A DNA stretch of 64,000 bases. It comes from Planctomycetota bacterium. GTDB taxonomy: Bacteria > Planctomycetota > UBA1135 > UBA2386. The stretch covers positions 1,120,001 to 1,184,000 of the forward strand of contig OZ245006.1 of assembly GCA_965223545.1 (NCBI GenBank), read 5' to 3'. Both the position numbers and the translations under genes were made by a program. The first letter of the stretch is position 1, and each line of letters begins with the position of its first letter. Below the pieces are notes generated by a model. It worked only from the letters and a program-made list of their open reading frames with translations, was not told the DNA's origin and searched no databases. Positions 41,653 to 51,736 of this stretch are shown in pieces.

Positions 41653-43198
41653 GCAGCAGCGTGCTCGCCGCCCTCCTCATCGCCTGTTGCCAGGCGACTG
41701 CCCAGCCTGCCGAAGCGGCGAGCCGCTTTCCCGGCTTCGCCGAGCAAGACATGCTGCGCTACGAGGTCGACCTGACGGTCGACCTGGCCGGGAGCGCGCT
41801 CACGGGCACCATTGGCTACACGGTGCGCGCCGCGGCCCCGCTGACGACGGTGCGGCTACACGCGCGGCGGACGGCCGACTGGCAACCCCGCTTCTCGCTG
41901 CCGGCGCAATGGAGTGAGACAGACGAAGACGTGGTCACGCTGACCCTGCCGCACGCGCTCGCCCCGGGCGACACCGTCCGGTTCACCGCCTCGCTGTCGG
42001 GAACCCCGGGCGATGGGTTCTACTTCCGCGACAACCGCTACGGTGCGCGGCTGGGGTTCACCGACCACTACTCTATCCGCGCCCGCGGCTGGCTGCCGTG
42101 CGAGGACCACCCGAGCGACCGCGCGCACTTCGCGGTGGTGCTGCGCCACCCGGAAGGGACGCGCGCGCTCGCCAGCGGCCAGGCCGGGCGACCGACCACC
42201 ACCGGCGCGGGCAAGCTCGAGCTGCGGACCGAGACCCGGAGCGAGATCCCCCCGTACATGTTCGCGATCGCCGTCGGTCCGTACGCCGAAGTCGAGGAGG
42301 CGGGCGACCCGCGCCTGCGCCCCCACCTGGTGTACACCGAGGACGTCGACGCGCGCGACCGGCGCTGCGCCACCACGCCGCGTGGCTGCGCCGGATGGAG
42401 CGCACCTTTGGCCGCTACCCCTTCGGCAAGTATCGCACGGTCCAGTGCCCCACTCGCTGGGGCGGTTTCGAGGCCCCGGGGAACGTTCAGCTGTCCGAGT
42501 CGCTGTTCGACACGCCGCGGGGAGTCGGCACGCTGGCGCACGAGCTGGCGCACATGTGGTTCGGCTGCGGCGTCGGTTACGCCGAGTGGCGCGAGGTCTG
42601 GCTATCCGAGGGATTCGCCTCCTACTTCGGGCCGTGGTTGTTCGCCGAAAGTGGCGGACCACCGTTCGTCGACAGCCTGGCGGCGATGCGGGACCGTTGG
42701 CGCCGGTCGGCGGACGGTCGCACCAAGAGCGTGCGCTGGGTCGGCTTCGCGCACCCCGACCTCGCGCTCAACGCCAACACTTACCCGAAGGGTGCGTGGG
42801 TGTTGCACATGCTGCGCCGGGAGCTGGGCGACGCTGCGTTCTTTGCAGCACTGCACTCCTACTTCGAGACCTTCGCCGGCCAGTCGATCGTCACCGCCGA
42901 CTTCGTCGCCCACGTCGAGCGCAGCGCCGGTCGATCGCTGTCGTGGTTCTTCGATCAATGGCTCGATCGCCGCGATTGCCCGCACCTCGAAGCGCGGGTC
43001 GAGGACGGCTTCATCGTCGTGGAGCAGACCCAAGCCGCGGCGCCATTCCGCTGCGCGCTCGACCTCGCTTGGCGCGACGACCAAGGCGTCCCGCGCACAG
43101 CGACCCTGCAGCTGACAGACCGCCTCCATCGGCTGCCGGTGCCGGGAGGGGCCCACGAGCTGCAGCTCGATCCGGACACCTGGCTGCTGTACCGCTGA
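41649..43198 (+). pseudogene. M1-family aminopeptidase, frameshifted near 42350 (pseudogene or sequencing error)
   Basis: The N-terminal half (YEVDL, ARGWLPCEDHPSDRA, PYMFAIAVG) is in one frame. The catalytic half (YPFGKY, GGFE, HELAHMWFG, WLSEGFASY, YPKGAWVLHMLR) is in another. Confidence 0.85.
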
Positions 43199-43325
43199 CC
43201 GCCGCACCACCCGGGCGTATGATCGATGGCATGGGCCCGGGGACGCTTCGCCTCGCGCGACGAGCACCCGCCGTGCCGATAGCATCCATACCGCAACGCC
43301 ACGCCGCACTGCACCGACCCAGCCC

Positions 43326-44660
43326 ATGCGCGCACGCACCACCGTCCCGATCTGGTTGATCCCGCTCAACTTCGCGCTGGTGCTGATCGTCGGCATCCTG
43401 GCCGCGCGCGTCCTGCTGCTCGACCACCCGCTGCCCGATGCGCAGATGCAGGCGCTGCGCCTGGTCTACCGCCAGATCGAGGCCGAGCACGTCGCGCCCC
43501 GCGAGGGAGACGATCTGATGTGGTCGGCGATCGAGGGCATGGTCAACAGCCTCGACCGGCACAGCGAGTTCATCCGCCCGTCGGGGGTGGCCGACTTCGA
43601 GGAGCAGACCACGGGAAGCTACGAGGGCATCGGCATCCGCATGGTGCGCGACGCGACGCCCGCCACCGTGGAGTTTCCGATGGTCGGCGGTCCGGCCGAG
43701 CGCGCCGGCCTGCTCCCGGGCGACCGGATCGTCGCCGTCGACGGCGTCCCCCTGGAGGCGGCGGAGGGCGAGACCGTGCTCGAGGCGGCGCGCCGGGCGT
43801 TGCTCGGCCCGGCCGGTACGGACGTGCGACTGCAGATCGAGCGCGGTGACGGCGAGCGCCTGGAACGGACGCTGACGCGCGGTGCAGTGCAGCGGCGCAG
43901 CGTCAAGTGGGCGACGCTGCACGCCGACAACATCGGCTACATCTACCTGTCCGCGTTCCAGCACAACACCACCGAAGAGCTGCGCGAGGCGGTGCTGCGA
44001 CTCGATACCCGGGCCGAGGGTGGCCTGGCGGCCCTGATCCTCGACCTCCGCTTCAACCCGGGCGGGCTGCTCGAGCAGGCGGTGGGCGTGACCAATCTGT
44101 TTCTCGCCCAAGGCCGCATCGTCACGCTCAGGCGACGGCATCACGAAGTCGAACGGCACGAGGCCGTAGCCGAGCGCTGCGTGCTGCCGCGGACTCCAAT
44201 CGTGATCCTGGTGAACGGCAGCTCGGCGAGCGCCAGCGAAGTGGTCAGCGGAGCACTGCAGGATCACGGCCGCGCGCGCGTCGTCGGCGAGCGGACCTTC
44301 GGCAAGGGAGTCGTGCAGAGCATCTATCGCTGGCAGGACCTCGCCTTCCGCCTCAAGCTGACGACCGCGCACTACTACACCCCCAACGGCCGCAACATCG
44401 AGGGCGAGAACCGGCGGCCGGAAGACGGCCAAGCCGAGGGCGGCATCCCGCCCGATATCGAGGTGCCGGTCGACGACGCCATCCAGCACGCGGTGGCACG
44501 ATCGGTGCACTCGGTCGAGGTGCCCGAGCGCTACGCGGCGGCCGTCCAGCAGCTGGCCGAACGGTTCGACTTCCCGGTCGCCCAACCGCCGAGCTCCGAC
44601 GCCGACCCACAGCTGGAGAAGGCGCTCGAAGTCGCACGACAGCTCGCCGCGGGCGGCTGA
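43326..44660 (+). CDS. ctpA: S41 carboxyl-terminal processing protease
   Basis: LDRHS, PDZ GIG, LDLRFNPGG, SASASE, TFGKGVVQ and YYTPNG. Confidence 0.92.
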   Translation: MRARTTVPIWLIPLNFALVLIVGILAARVLLLDHPLPDAQMQALRLVYRQIEAEHVAPREGDDLMWSAIEGMVNSLDRHSEFIRPSGVADFEEQTTGSYEGIGIRMVRDATPATVEFPMVGGPAERAGLLPGDRIVAVDGVPLEAAEGETVLEAARRALLGPAGTDVRLQIERGDGERLERTLTRGAVQRRSVKWATLHADNIGYIYLSAFQHNTTEELREAVLRLDTRAEGGLAALILDLRFNPGGLLEQAVGVTNLFLAQGRIVTLRRRHHEVERHEAVAERCVLPRTPIVILVNGSSASASEVVSGALQDHGRARVVGERTFGKGVVQSIYRWQDLAFRLKLTTAHYYTPNGRNIEGENRRPEDGQAEGGIPPDIEVPVDDAIQHAVARSVHSVEVPERYAAAVQQLAERFDFPVAQPPSSDADPQLEKALEVARQLAAGG

Positions 44661-44667
44661 CGGACCG

Positions 44668-47118
44668 GTGGCCGGTGCCGTCGCCGCCCGCCTCGCAATC
44701 CTGCGCCGAGCGGACGCCCTCTACGAGCTGAGCGCTCGTCTCGAAGACGGCACGGTACGCGTGTCGGCAACGCCACTCGCCGCGGACCACGCGTTGGCCC
44801 TCTGCTGGGCGCGCATGGCCCGGGTCCGCACCATCGATTCGGCCCTGCTGCACGATCTGCGCGCCGTCGCCCGGGATACGCGCATCGATCCCCTCGCCGA
44901 GCCTCCGACCCTCCAACCTCTGCGCGTCGCGCCCCCACCACCGCCACACCGACCGACCGCCGCCAATCCGCGCGCCTACAAGGGCACCAAGGACCGACCG
45001 CCCAAACCGAGGCGTCCCGATCCGCAGGACCTGCGGCCTCACCTCTGCTCCACCGTGCATCAGGACCGACTGTTCGCCGCAGTCTGCGCAGAGCTCGACG
45101 CGACCGTGGTCGATGCCGGGCCGGAGTTCCGCGACGCACCCGCCGGCTTCCGCCGCGAGCTGGCGTGGCTGCTGCGGGACGCACCGGAGGCGGCGCGAGT
45201 GCGCGCCGCGTACTGGAGCCTCGATCTCGACAGCGACACCGCGCTGCGCGCGCTGCTCGCGCTCACCCTGGCCTGCCACGGCGCTCCGGCGGCACTCGAC
45301 TGGAGCCGCGTGCTGCCGTTGATGGAACCCGGCGACCGCACCCCGATCCTCGCCCGCGCACTGGCAGCGCATGCCATCGAGGCACTGCCGCCGCCAGTTG
45401 CCGACCACAGTCTCGCCGCCGCGGTGGCAGCGTGTTCCGGACCGGCAGTCGACGCCCGGCGCGACTATGTGATTGCCTGCCTGCGGCGCGGCGATGACCT
45501 GCAGGCTGTCGTGGCGGGCTTCGCGCTCGCCGATGCCCATCTGCCGGAGCACGAGTTCACCGGCCCCCCGGCACCACCGGCGGCGGCGACTGCGATCGCG
45601 ACGATCCCCACCACCCATCTGGACGTGCTTGCCCCCCTCCGGCTCTGGCAGCAGTGCGGCTCGCGCCCGGAGCTGATCGAGGTCATCGCCGGCACCGACT
45701 GGAACAGGCTGACGCCCGACGCCGGCCGCCGATTGACGGAAGTCCTGCGGCACCCCCCGGCGCGGCGCGGAGTCGAGGCGGAGCTGGTGCAGGCCGTGAT
45801 CGACACGCCCCGTTCGCACCAAACCAAAGCCGTCGGGATCCTCTGGGACATCGTCGAGTTCTGCCGAGACACCCGCCATTTCCAAGGCGCGCTCGGCATC
45901 GGGCTCGAGGCGATGCGCGCGGTGTGCGAGCCCCCCGCCCCCACCGGCGGCCACGGCAGCTGGCCGATCGAGCGCCTCGCGCTGCTGCACGGCTCCGGCC
46001 GCGCCGACTTCGCCGCGCTGCCGGCGAGTGGCTGGCGCGCCCTGGACGCAGCGTCTGCCCGCCGCAACGACGCCGTCTGCATCGGCGCCGGCCTCCGTGC
46101 GCTGGGCGACGCCTGCGCCGATCTGGTGCGCCGGGGATTGGCCGAGCACCCGTCGCCGTTGTTGCGCGCAGCGCGCACGCTCGGCTTGCTGGCTCCACCG
46201 TACGCGGAGCTGCTGATCGAGCAGGCGATGCAGCATCCGGTGTGGTGCGACGCCGCGTCGATCGGTCTGCAAGAGCTGCTCGAACGGCTTCCCGACCCCG
46301 CGGTCACCGGCGGTTTCAACCCGGTGCCACGCCGCCTGCGCGAGTACCGAGCGGGCAAACGGTCGCTGTCGCCGGCGCAGCTCGAACGCGACACCGCGCG
46401 GGTGCGCGCCGCCTGGCCTGCCGTGGTGCTGCACGCGCTGCACCATCACTGCACGCGGGCGCTGGCCGAGTCCGCCCTCGGCGAGCACGCCGACCGCGCG
46501 TTCTCCGACGAGCGCCTGGCCCACGCGGTGTTGCTGCACGCCGAGACGGAAGAGTCCCGGCGCGCCCTGCGCCGCGCGTTGCGCCGGTACGCAGAGGACA
46601 ACTCCGCCGGAACCGAACGGCACCCGGCCAATGTCCAGTGGCTGCGCCGTCACCCGCGGGTCGACGCCACCCTGTGGACGCGCGGTGTGGTGCTGGAGGA
46701 GACGCTGCCGGATGGGCGATCGGTCCGCATCGCCATCGAACGGGATCCACTCGAGGCCCTGCGGCTCGGCACGCACGTCGGCAGCTGCTTCGGCCTCGGC
46801 GGCGCCTACAACCACTCCGCCATCGCCGTCGCGCTCGACATCAACAAGCAGGTCGCCTTCGCGCGCGACGCGGACGGCACCTTCATCGCGCGCCAGATCG
46901 TCGCCATCACCGACGAGGACCGGCTGCAGTGCCTGGCGGTCTACCCGCTGGCCACCGGCCCGGAGCTGCGCCGGTTGTTCCAGCGGTGGAACCGACAGCT
47001 GGCCGACGCGCTCGACCTGCCACTGGCGCCGGCCAAGGGCGACGTGCCCCGCGTCGAGCTCCTGGTCGCCGAGTCGTGGTGGAACGACGGCGTCTGGTAC
47101 CCGAAGGTATCGCCGTGA
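44668..47118 (+). CDS. Large hypothetical protein (816 aa) with a structured-looking C-terminal domain
   Basis: Long ORF with native codon pattern that fills the operon gap and has a GTGA overlap with tsaD. C-terminal motif: GSCFGLGG...ALDINKQV...ARQIV. Confidence 0.75.
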   Translation: MAGAVAARLAILRRADALYELSARLEDGTVRVSATPLAADHALALCWARMARVRTIDSALLHDLRAVARDTRIDPLAEPPTLQPLRVAPPPPPHRPTAANPRAYKGTKDRPPKPRRPDPQDLRPHLCSTVHQDRLFAAVCAELDATVVDAGPEFRDAPAGFRRELAWLLRDAPEAARVRAAYWSLDLDSDTALRALLALTLACHGAPAALDWSRVLPLMEPGDRTPILARALAAHAIEALPPPVADHSLAAAVAACSGPAVDARRDYVIACLRRGDDLQAVVAGFALADAHLPEHEFTGPPAPPAAATAIATIPTTHLDVLAPLRLWQQCGSRPELIEVIAGTDWNRLTPDAGRRLTEVLRHPPARRGVEAELVQAVIDTPRSHQTKAVGILWDIVEFCRDTRHFQGALGIGLEAMRAVCEPPAPTGGHGSWPIERLALLHGSGRADFAALPASGWRALDAASARRNDAVCIGAGLRALGDACADLVRRGLAEHPSPLLRAARTLGLLAPPYAELLIEQAMQHPVWCDAASIGLQELLERLPDPAVTGGFNPVPRRLREYRAGKRSLSPAQLERDTARVRAAWPAVVLHALHHHCTRALAESALGEHADRAFSDERLAHAVLLHAETEESRRALRRALRRYAEDNSAGTERHPANVQWLRRHPRVDATLWTRGVVLEETLPDGRSVRIAIERDPLEALRLGTHVGSCFGLGGAYNHSAIAVALDINKQVAFARDADGTFIARQIVAITDEDRLQCLAVYPLATGPELRRLFQRWNRQLADALDLPLAPAKGDVPRVELLVAESWWNDGVWYPKVSP

Positions 47119-48140
47119 CGCTGGTGCTGGGCATCGAGACCTCTTGTGACGAGACCGCGGCCGCCGTGGTGCGCGACGGCACCGACGTGCTCAGCAACGT
47201 GATCCACTCGCAGACCGCGCTGCACGAGCGCTACCGGGGCGTCGTACCGGAGGTCGCGAGTCGCTCGCACACCGAGCGCATCACCGGCATCATCGAAGGC
47301 GCGGTGGCGGACGCCGGCGTCGACCTGCACGCGCTCGACGCCATCGCCGTCACCCACCGCCCCGGCATGATCGGCTGCCTTCTGGTCGGCATCTCCAGCG
47401 CGCAGGCGTTGAGCTGGTGGTTGGACCGCCCGCTGATCGGCGTCGATCACATCCGCGCGCACGTACACGCCGCGTTCATGGTGCAGCCCGCGCTCCCGCT
47501 CCCCTGCCTCTCGCTGGTCGCCTCGGGCGGTCACACCGCGCTCTATCTGGTCGACGCCGAGCGCAACGTGCACCGCATCGGCCGCACCCGCGACGACGCC
47601 GCCGGCGAGGCCTTCGACAAGGGCGCCGCCCTGCTCGGCCTGCCCTACCCGGGGGGGCCCGCCATCGAGGCAGCGGCCGCGGATGGCGATCCGAAGGGCC
47701 TGGCCCTGCCGCGCCCGATGCTGCGCGACGGCTCGCACGACTTCTCGTTCAGCGGCGTCAAGACCGCGCTGCTGTACCACCTCCGCGGCAGCGGCGTCGA
47801 ACGCCCGATGCCGGAGCTGGGCCAGGCGCAGATCGCGGATCTGGCGGCGGCCTACCAGGCCGCGATTCTCGACGTGCTGGTGAGCAAGCTGGCGCGCGCG
47901 GCGGAGGCGCACTCCGCCGCCAGCGTGGCGATCGGCGGCGGCGTCGCCTGCAACGGCGAGCTGCGCCGGCGGATCGCCGCCCACCCGGGGTTGGGCGAAC
48001 GCGAGATCGTGTTTCCGCCCATGTCGCTGTGCTCCGACAACGGCGCCATGGTCGCCGGTCTCGGCACCGAGCTGCTGCGCCGTGGCACCATCGCCGACCT
48101 GACGCTGCGGCCGGTCGCCACCTCGCGGAGAGGACCGTGA
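47115..48140 (+). CDS. tsaD: tRNA N6-adenosine threonylcarbamoyltransferase
   Basis: LGIETSCDET, GVVPEVASRSH, H-x3-H, SGGHT, DDAAGEAFDK, FSFSG-x-KT and SDNGAM. Confidence 0.96.
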   Translation: MTLVLGIETSCDETAAAVVRDGTDVLSNVIHSQTALHERYRGVVPEVASRSHTERITGIIEGAVADAGVDLHALDAIAVTHRPGMIGCLLVGISSAQALSWWLDRPLIGVDHIRAHVHAAFMVQPALPLPCLSLVASGGHTALYLVDAERNVHRIGRTRDDAAGEAFDKGAALLGLPYPGGPAIEAAAADGDPKGLALPRPMLRDGSHDFSFSGVKTALLYHLRGSGVERPMPELGQAQIADLAAAYQAAILDVLVSKLARAAEAHSAASVAIGGGVACNGELRRRIAAHPGLGEREIVFPPMSLCSDNGAMVAGLGTELLRRGTIADLTLRPVATSRRGP

Positions 48141-48916
48141 CTCCCGGATTCTCGCTCCGCGATCTGCTGGCCCAGGTCGCGCGCGGTGACCTCGGCGTCG
48201 ACGATGCGCTGGCCTCGCTGGCGGAGGCCCGCACCGGCGCCGTTTCGGACTTCGCCCGCATCGACCACGACCGGGCCCAGCGCTGCGGCACCCCCGAGGT
48301 CGTGTTCTGCCAGGGCAAGCAGCCGGCGGACGCGGTGGCGATCGCCGCCGAGATCTTGCAGCGCGCGCCGCGCGTGCTGCTGACCCGGGTCGAGGACGCC
48401 CACTGGCGGGCGCTGGCCCAGCGCTGGCCCGACGCGCGGCACGACCCGCGCGCCCGCTGCGCGATCATCGGGCCGCCACCGAGGGCCAGCGGCCTGGTGG
48501 CGGTGCTCGCCGCCGGCACCGCCGATCTGCCGGTCGCCGCCGAGGCCACCGTGACGGCCACGGCGTTGGGGGCCGAAGTGCGCACTTTCCACGACGTCGG
48601 CGTCGCCGGCCTGCACCGGCTGCTGGAACCGCTGGAGGAGATCCGCCGGGCGCGGGCCATCGTCGCCGTCGCCGGCATGGAAGGCGCCTTGCCGTCGGTG
48701 GTCGCCGGTCTGGTGCGCGTGCCGGTCATCGCGGTGCCGACCAGCGTCGGCTACGGCGCCAGCTACGGCGGCCTCGCCGCCCTGCTGGCGATGCTCAACG
48801 CGTGTGCCGCCGGCGTGGCCGTGGTCAACATTGACAACGGCTTCGGCGCCGGCTATCTCGCAGCGCAAATCAACCGTCAGACGCGCGCTGAGGCGCGCCG
48901 CGAAGACCGATCTTGA
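48137..48916 (+). CDS. larB: LarB/NCAIR-mutase-like (PurE-related) protein
   Basis: [38 protein letters not shown] and [10 protein letters not shown]. Confidence 0.92.
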   Translation: MTPGFSLRDLLAQVARGDLGVDDALASLAEARTGAVSDFARIDHDRAQRCGTPEVVFCQGKQPADAVAIAAEILQRAPRVLLTRVEDAHWRALAQRWPDARHDPRARCAIIGPPPRASGLVAVLAAGTADLPVAAEATVTATALGAEVRTFHDVGVAGLHRLLEPLEEIRRARAIVAVAGMEGALPSVVAGLVRVPVIAVPTSVGYGASYGGLAALLAMLNACAAGVAVVNIDNGFGAGYLAAQINRQTRAEARREDRS

Positions 48917-50049
48917 CCTCCACGACGCGCAAGCCCGCCCGCCTCGTCCTCGAGGACGGCACTGTCCAGCACGGCCGCTCCTTCGGCGCCCCGGTCGACT
49001 CGATCGGTGAGCTGGTGTTCAACACCTCCATCACCGGCTACCAAGAGATCCTCACCGACCCGTCGTACCGCGGGCAGACCGTCTTGTTGACGCAGCCCCA
49101 CATCGGCAACTACGGCGTCAACAGCGAGGACGAGGAGTCGCTCCGCCTCTGGCTGTCGGGCCTGGTGGTGCGCGAGGCGTGCCACCGCGCCAGCAACTTC
49201 CGCGCGGGCGGCGAGCTGTCCGATTACCTGGTGCAACACGGCGTCCCCGGCATCGAAGAAGTCGACACGCGCATGCTCACGCGGCGGGTGCGCACCGGCG
49301 GCGCGCTCCGGGTGCTGATCACCGAGGACATGAGCACACCGGAAGAAGAGCTGCTCGAGCGCGTGCGCAGCGCGCCCTCGATCAGCGACGAGGACCACGT
49401 CAAGGCGGTCACCTTGGACGCGCCGACACCTTGGACCAAGGGCCACGAGTCCCCGTTCTCGGTGCCGGTGCCCGACACCGGCGAAACGCGTTACTCGCTG
49501 GTCGCCTACGACTTCGGCGCCAAGCGCAACATCCTGAGGTCGCTGGTGGCCACCGGCTTCGACGTCACCGTGGTGCCGGCCGACACTCCCGCCGAGGCAG
49601 TGCTCGAACGCAAGCCCGACGGCGTCTTCCTCAGCAACGGCCCGGGTGACCCGGCGGTCGTCGACTACGCGGTGCGCGCCGTCTCACAGCTGGTCGAGCG
49701 GGTGCCGGTGTTCGGCATCTGCCTGGGCCACCAGATTCTCGGTCAGGTGTTCGGCGCCAAGACCTTCAAGATGAAGTTCGGCCACCACGGCGGCAACCAA
49801 CCGGTGATGGACCTGACCACCGAGAAGGTCGAGATCACCTCGCAAAACCACTCGTTCGCCGTCGATCCGGGCGCGCTGCCGGATCGGGTCGAAGTCACCC
49901 ACAAGAACCTCAACGATCAGACCGTAGAGGGGCTGCGGCACGTCGAGCTGCCGGTGTTCTCGGTGCAGTACCACCCCGAGGCGGCTCCGGGCCCACACGA
50001 CTCGCTCTACCTGTTCGAGCGGTTCCGCGACGTCATCCGCGGCGCCTGA
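48913..50049 (+). CDS. carA: Carbamoyl-phosphate synthase small subunit
   Basis: [36 protein letters not shown] and [12 protein letters not shown]. Confidence 0.97.
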   Translation: MTSTTRKPARLVLEDGTVQHGRSFGAPVDSIGELVFNTSITGYQEILTDPSYRGQTVLLTQPHIGNYGVNSEDEESLRLWLSGLVVREACHRASNFRAGGELSDYLVQHGVPGIEEVDTRMLTRRVRTGGALRVLITEDMSTPEEELLERVRSAPSISDEDHVKAVTLDAPTPWTKGHESPFSVPVPDTGETRYSLVAYDFGAKRNILRSLVATGFDVTVVPADTPAEAVLERKPDGVFLSNGPGDPAVVDYAVRAVSQLVERVPVFGICLGHQILGQVFGAKTFKMKFGHHGGNQPVMDLTTEKVEITSQNHSFAVDPGALPDRVEVTHKNLNDQTVEGLRHVELPVFSVQYHPEAAPGPHDSLYLFERFRDVIRGA

Positions 50050-50055
50050 CGCACA

Positions 50056-51657
50056 TCAGCGCATCGCCGCCTGTTCGTGCAGGCGCTTGTCGTAGAACTC
50101 GAGAAAGAACGGGTTCCACCGCCGCTCTTCCCGCGCGAACTGGTCCATGTCGTCGAGCTCTGAGAAGTAGTCCAGCTCCGACCATTCGTCGGGGAAGTCG
50201 ACCGGCGACACCCGCAGCGCGTTCTTGCGCTCCTCCATCAGGATCAGCGGGTGCAACACGACGTCTTCGCCGCTTTCGATCCGCATCAGCACCGACCGGC
50301 TGCGCCGCAGAACGAACACGCGCCGCTCCTCGTTGCGCTTGAACATGGACGCCATGTGCACCGAGAACACGTCGCTCTTGGTGGTCACCAGGTCCATGAA
50401 CTGCTGCTTGATCTCCGGGTTGCCCAAGTTCTCGAACTCCGGCAGCTGCTCGAGGTCGGCGACCTCCTCGAAGATCTTGCGCCGCACCGTGGCCCCCAGG
50501 TCGAAGTCGGCGTAGGTCGCCTCGTCGCCGTAGCCGCCGTCGCCGGTGTCTTCGACCTCCTCGTTGCGGTAGCGCAGGATCGCCTCGATCACGCTGTCGG
50601 GCACCTCGTGCGTCGAGAACAGGCTGCGCAGCACGGGGCGCGACGCGGTGTTGATGTTGATCCGCACGCCGAGCCCGATCGGCTGCTCGGGCGGCGCGTT
50701 GGGGTCGACCGGCTCGGGCACCGGCGGCGCCGCGGCGGCGGGGTCGGCATTGCCGTCGGGACCGGCGGGGTTCTGTCCCGGCACGCCGGGGTCCATCACC
50801 TGCGACGTGTAGACGGTCAGCACCGACTCGAGGCCGGGGATCAAGCGCCCATCGAGCACCTTGTTGTAGAAGATGTCCTCGGTGACCTCGCGCAGCAGCA
50901 GCAAGTCGTCCAGGTGCAGCATCGGCGTCTGCTCGACGCCGAGCTCCTGGTCGCTCTTCAGCGGCGGCCGGGGCATGGCCTCGGTCCGGCCCCGCCCCTC
51001 CATCCACTCGACGATGTAGCGCGCCAGATCGTGGCCGTGGGTCGAGCTCAGGTCGAACTCGGTGCCCTCGCGCATCGCGTCGATCAACCGCACCAGACGC
51101 TCCCGCGAGGCCTCGGCGAACTCGCGATCGGGGCTCAGCAGGGTGAGGATGTTGAACTTGCGGTTCTCGTCCTCGACCCACACGTAGGTGGTGAGGTCGT
51201 CGTCGGCGTAGCCGGTCGGCTCGTACCAAGAATCCTGGCTGCTGTCGGCGGCACTCGCGCCCTCACCGGCACCCTCGCCCTCGCCCTCGCCGGGGAGCCC
51301 GCTCTCCCCACCCGGAGCCATCCCCGGCAGCGCGTTGCCGAGATCCCCCATCCCCGGCGCGGCCCCCAAGCCGGCGCCGCTGCCCGCGGCGCTGGCCATC
51401 AGGTCGTCGACCAGCTGCTCCTCGACCTGGCTGAGCGTGTAGGTCATGTGGTTCTGCATGCGCGCGAGCAGGGCCTCGTTCTCGCCGCTCAAGCGCGCCA
51501 GGCGGGCGGTGACCACCAGCTCGGCGACCAGGACGTAGAGCAGCACGACGAAGATCAGCACCATGATCAGCGCGATGCCGCGCTGGGACCGCGCGACTGC
51601 GCGGCCGGGCATCGGCCGCGGTCTGCAGTCAGCGCCGAGGCGTTCACCCGGCGCCAT
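50056..51657 (-). CDS. gspK: Type II secretion minor pseudopilin GspK-like protein
   Basis: Prepilin site QRG|IALIMVL, VEDENRKFNI, ININTAS-x-x-VL and TTKSDVF. The start is uncertain (51612-51702). Confidence 0.85.
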   Translation of the reverse strand: MAPGERLGADCRPRPMPGRAVARSQRGIALIMVLIFVVLLYVLVAELVVTARLARLSGENEALLARMQNHMTYTLSQVEEQLVDDLMASAAGSGAGLGAAPGMGDLGNALPGMAPGGESGLPGEGEGEGAGEGASAADSSQDSWYEPTGYADDDLTTYVWVEDENRKFNILTLLSPDREFAEASRERLVRLIDAMREGTEFDLSSTHGHDLARYIVEWMEGRGRTEAMPRPPLKSDQELGVEQTPMLHLDDLLLLREVTEDIFYNKVLDGRLIPGLESVLTVYTSQVMDPGVPGQNPAGPDGNADPAAAAPPVPEPVDPNAPPEQPIGLGVRININTASRPVLRSLFSTHEVPDSVIEAILRYRNEEVEDTGDGGYGDEATYADFDLGATVRRKIFEEVADLEQLPEFENLGNPEIKQQFMDLVTTKSDVFSVHMASMFKRNEERRVFVLRRSRSVLMRIESGEDVVLHPLILMEERKNALRVSPVDFPDEWSELDYFSELDDMDQFAREERRWNPFFLEFYDKRLHEQAAMR

Positions 51658-51736
51658 GGGATCTTGGCTGGTGGTCGTCACGAGCGTGGAGGTCGCCAGC
51701 ATACAGACGGCCGCGCGCGCTTGGGTCTTCCCGGAA

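Noticed and set aside
42335..42375. Programmed ribosomal frameshift in the M1 peptidase
   Set aside because: No recognisable slippery heptamer, and no precedent I know of in this family; a simple indel is more parsimonious.
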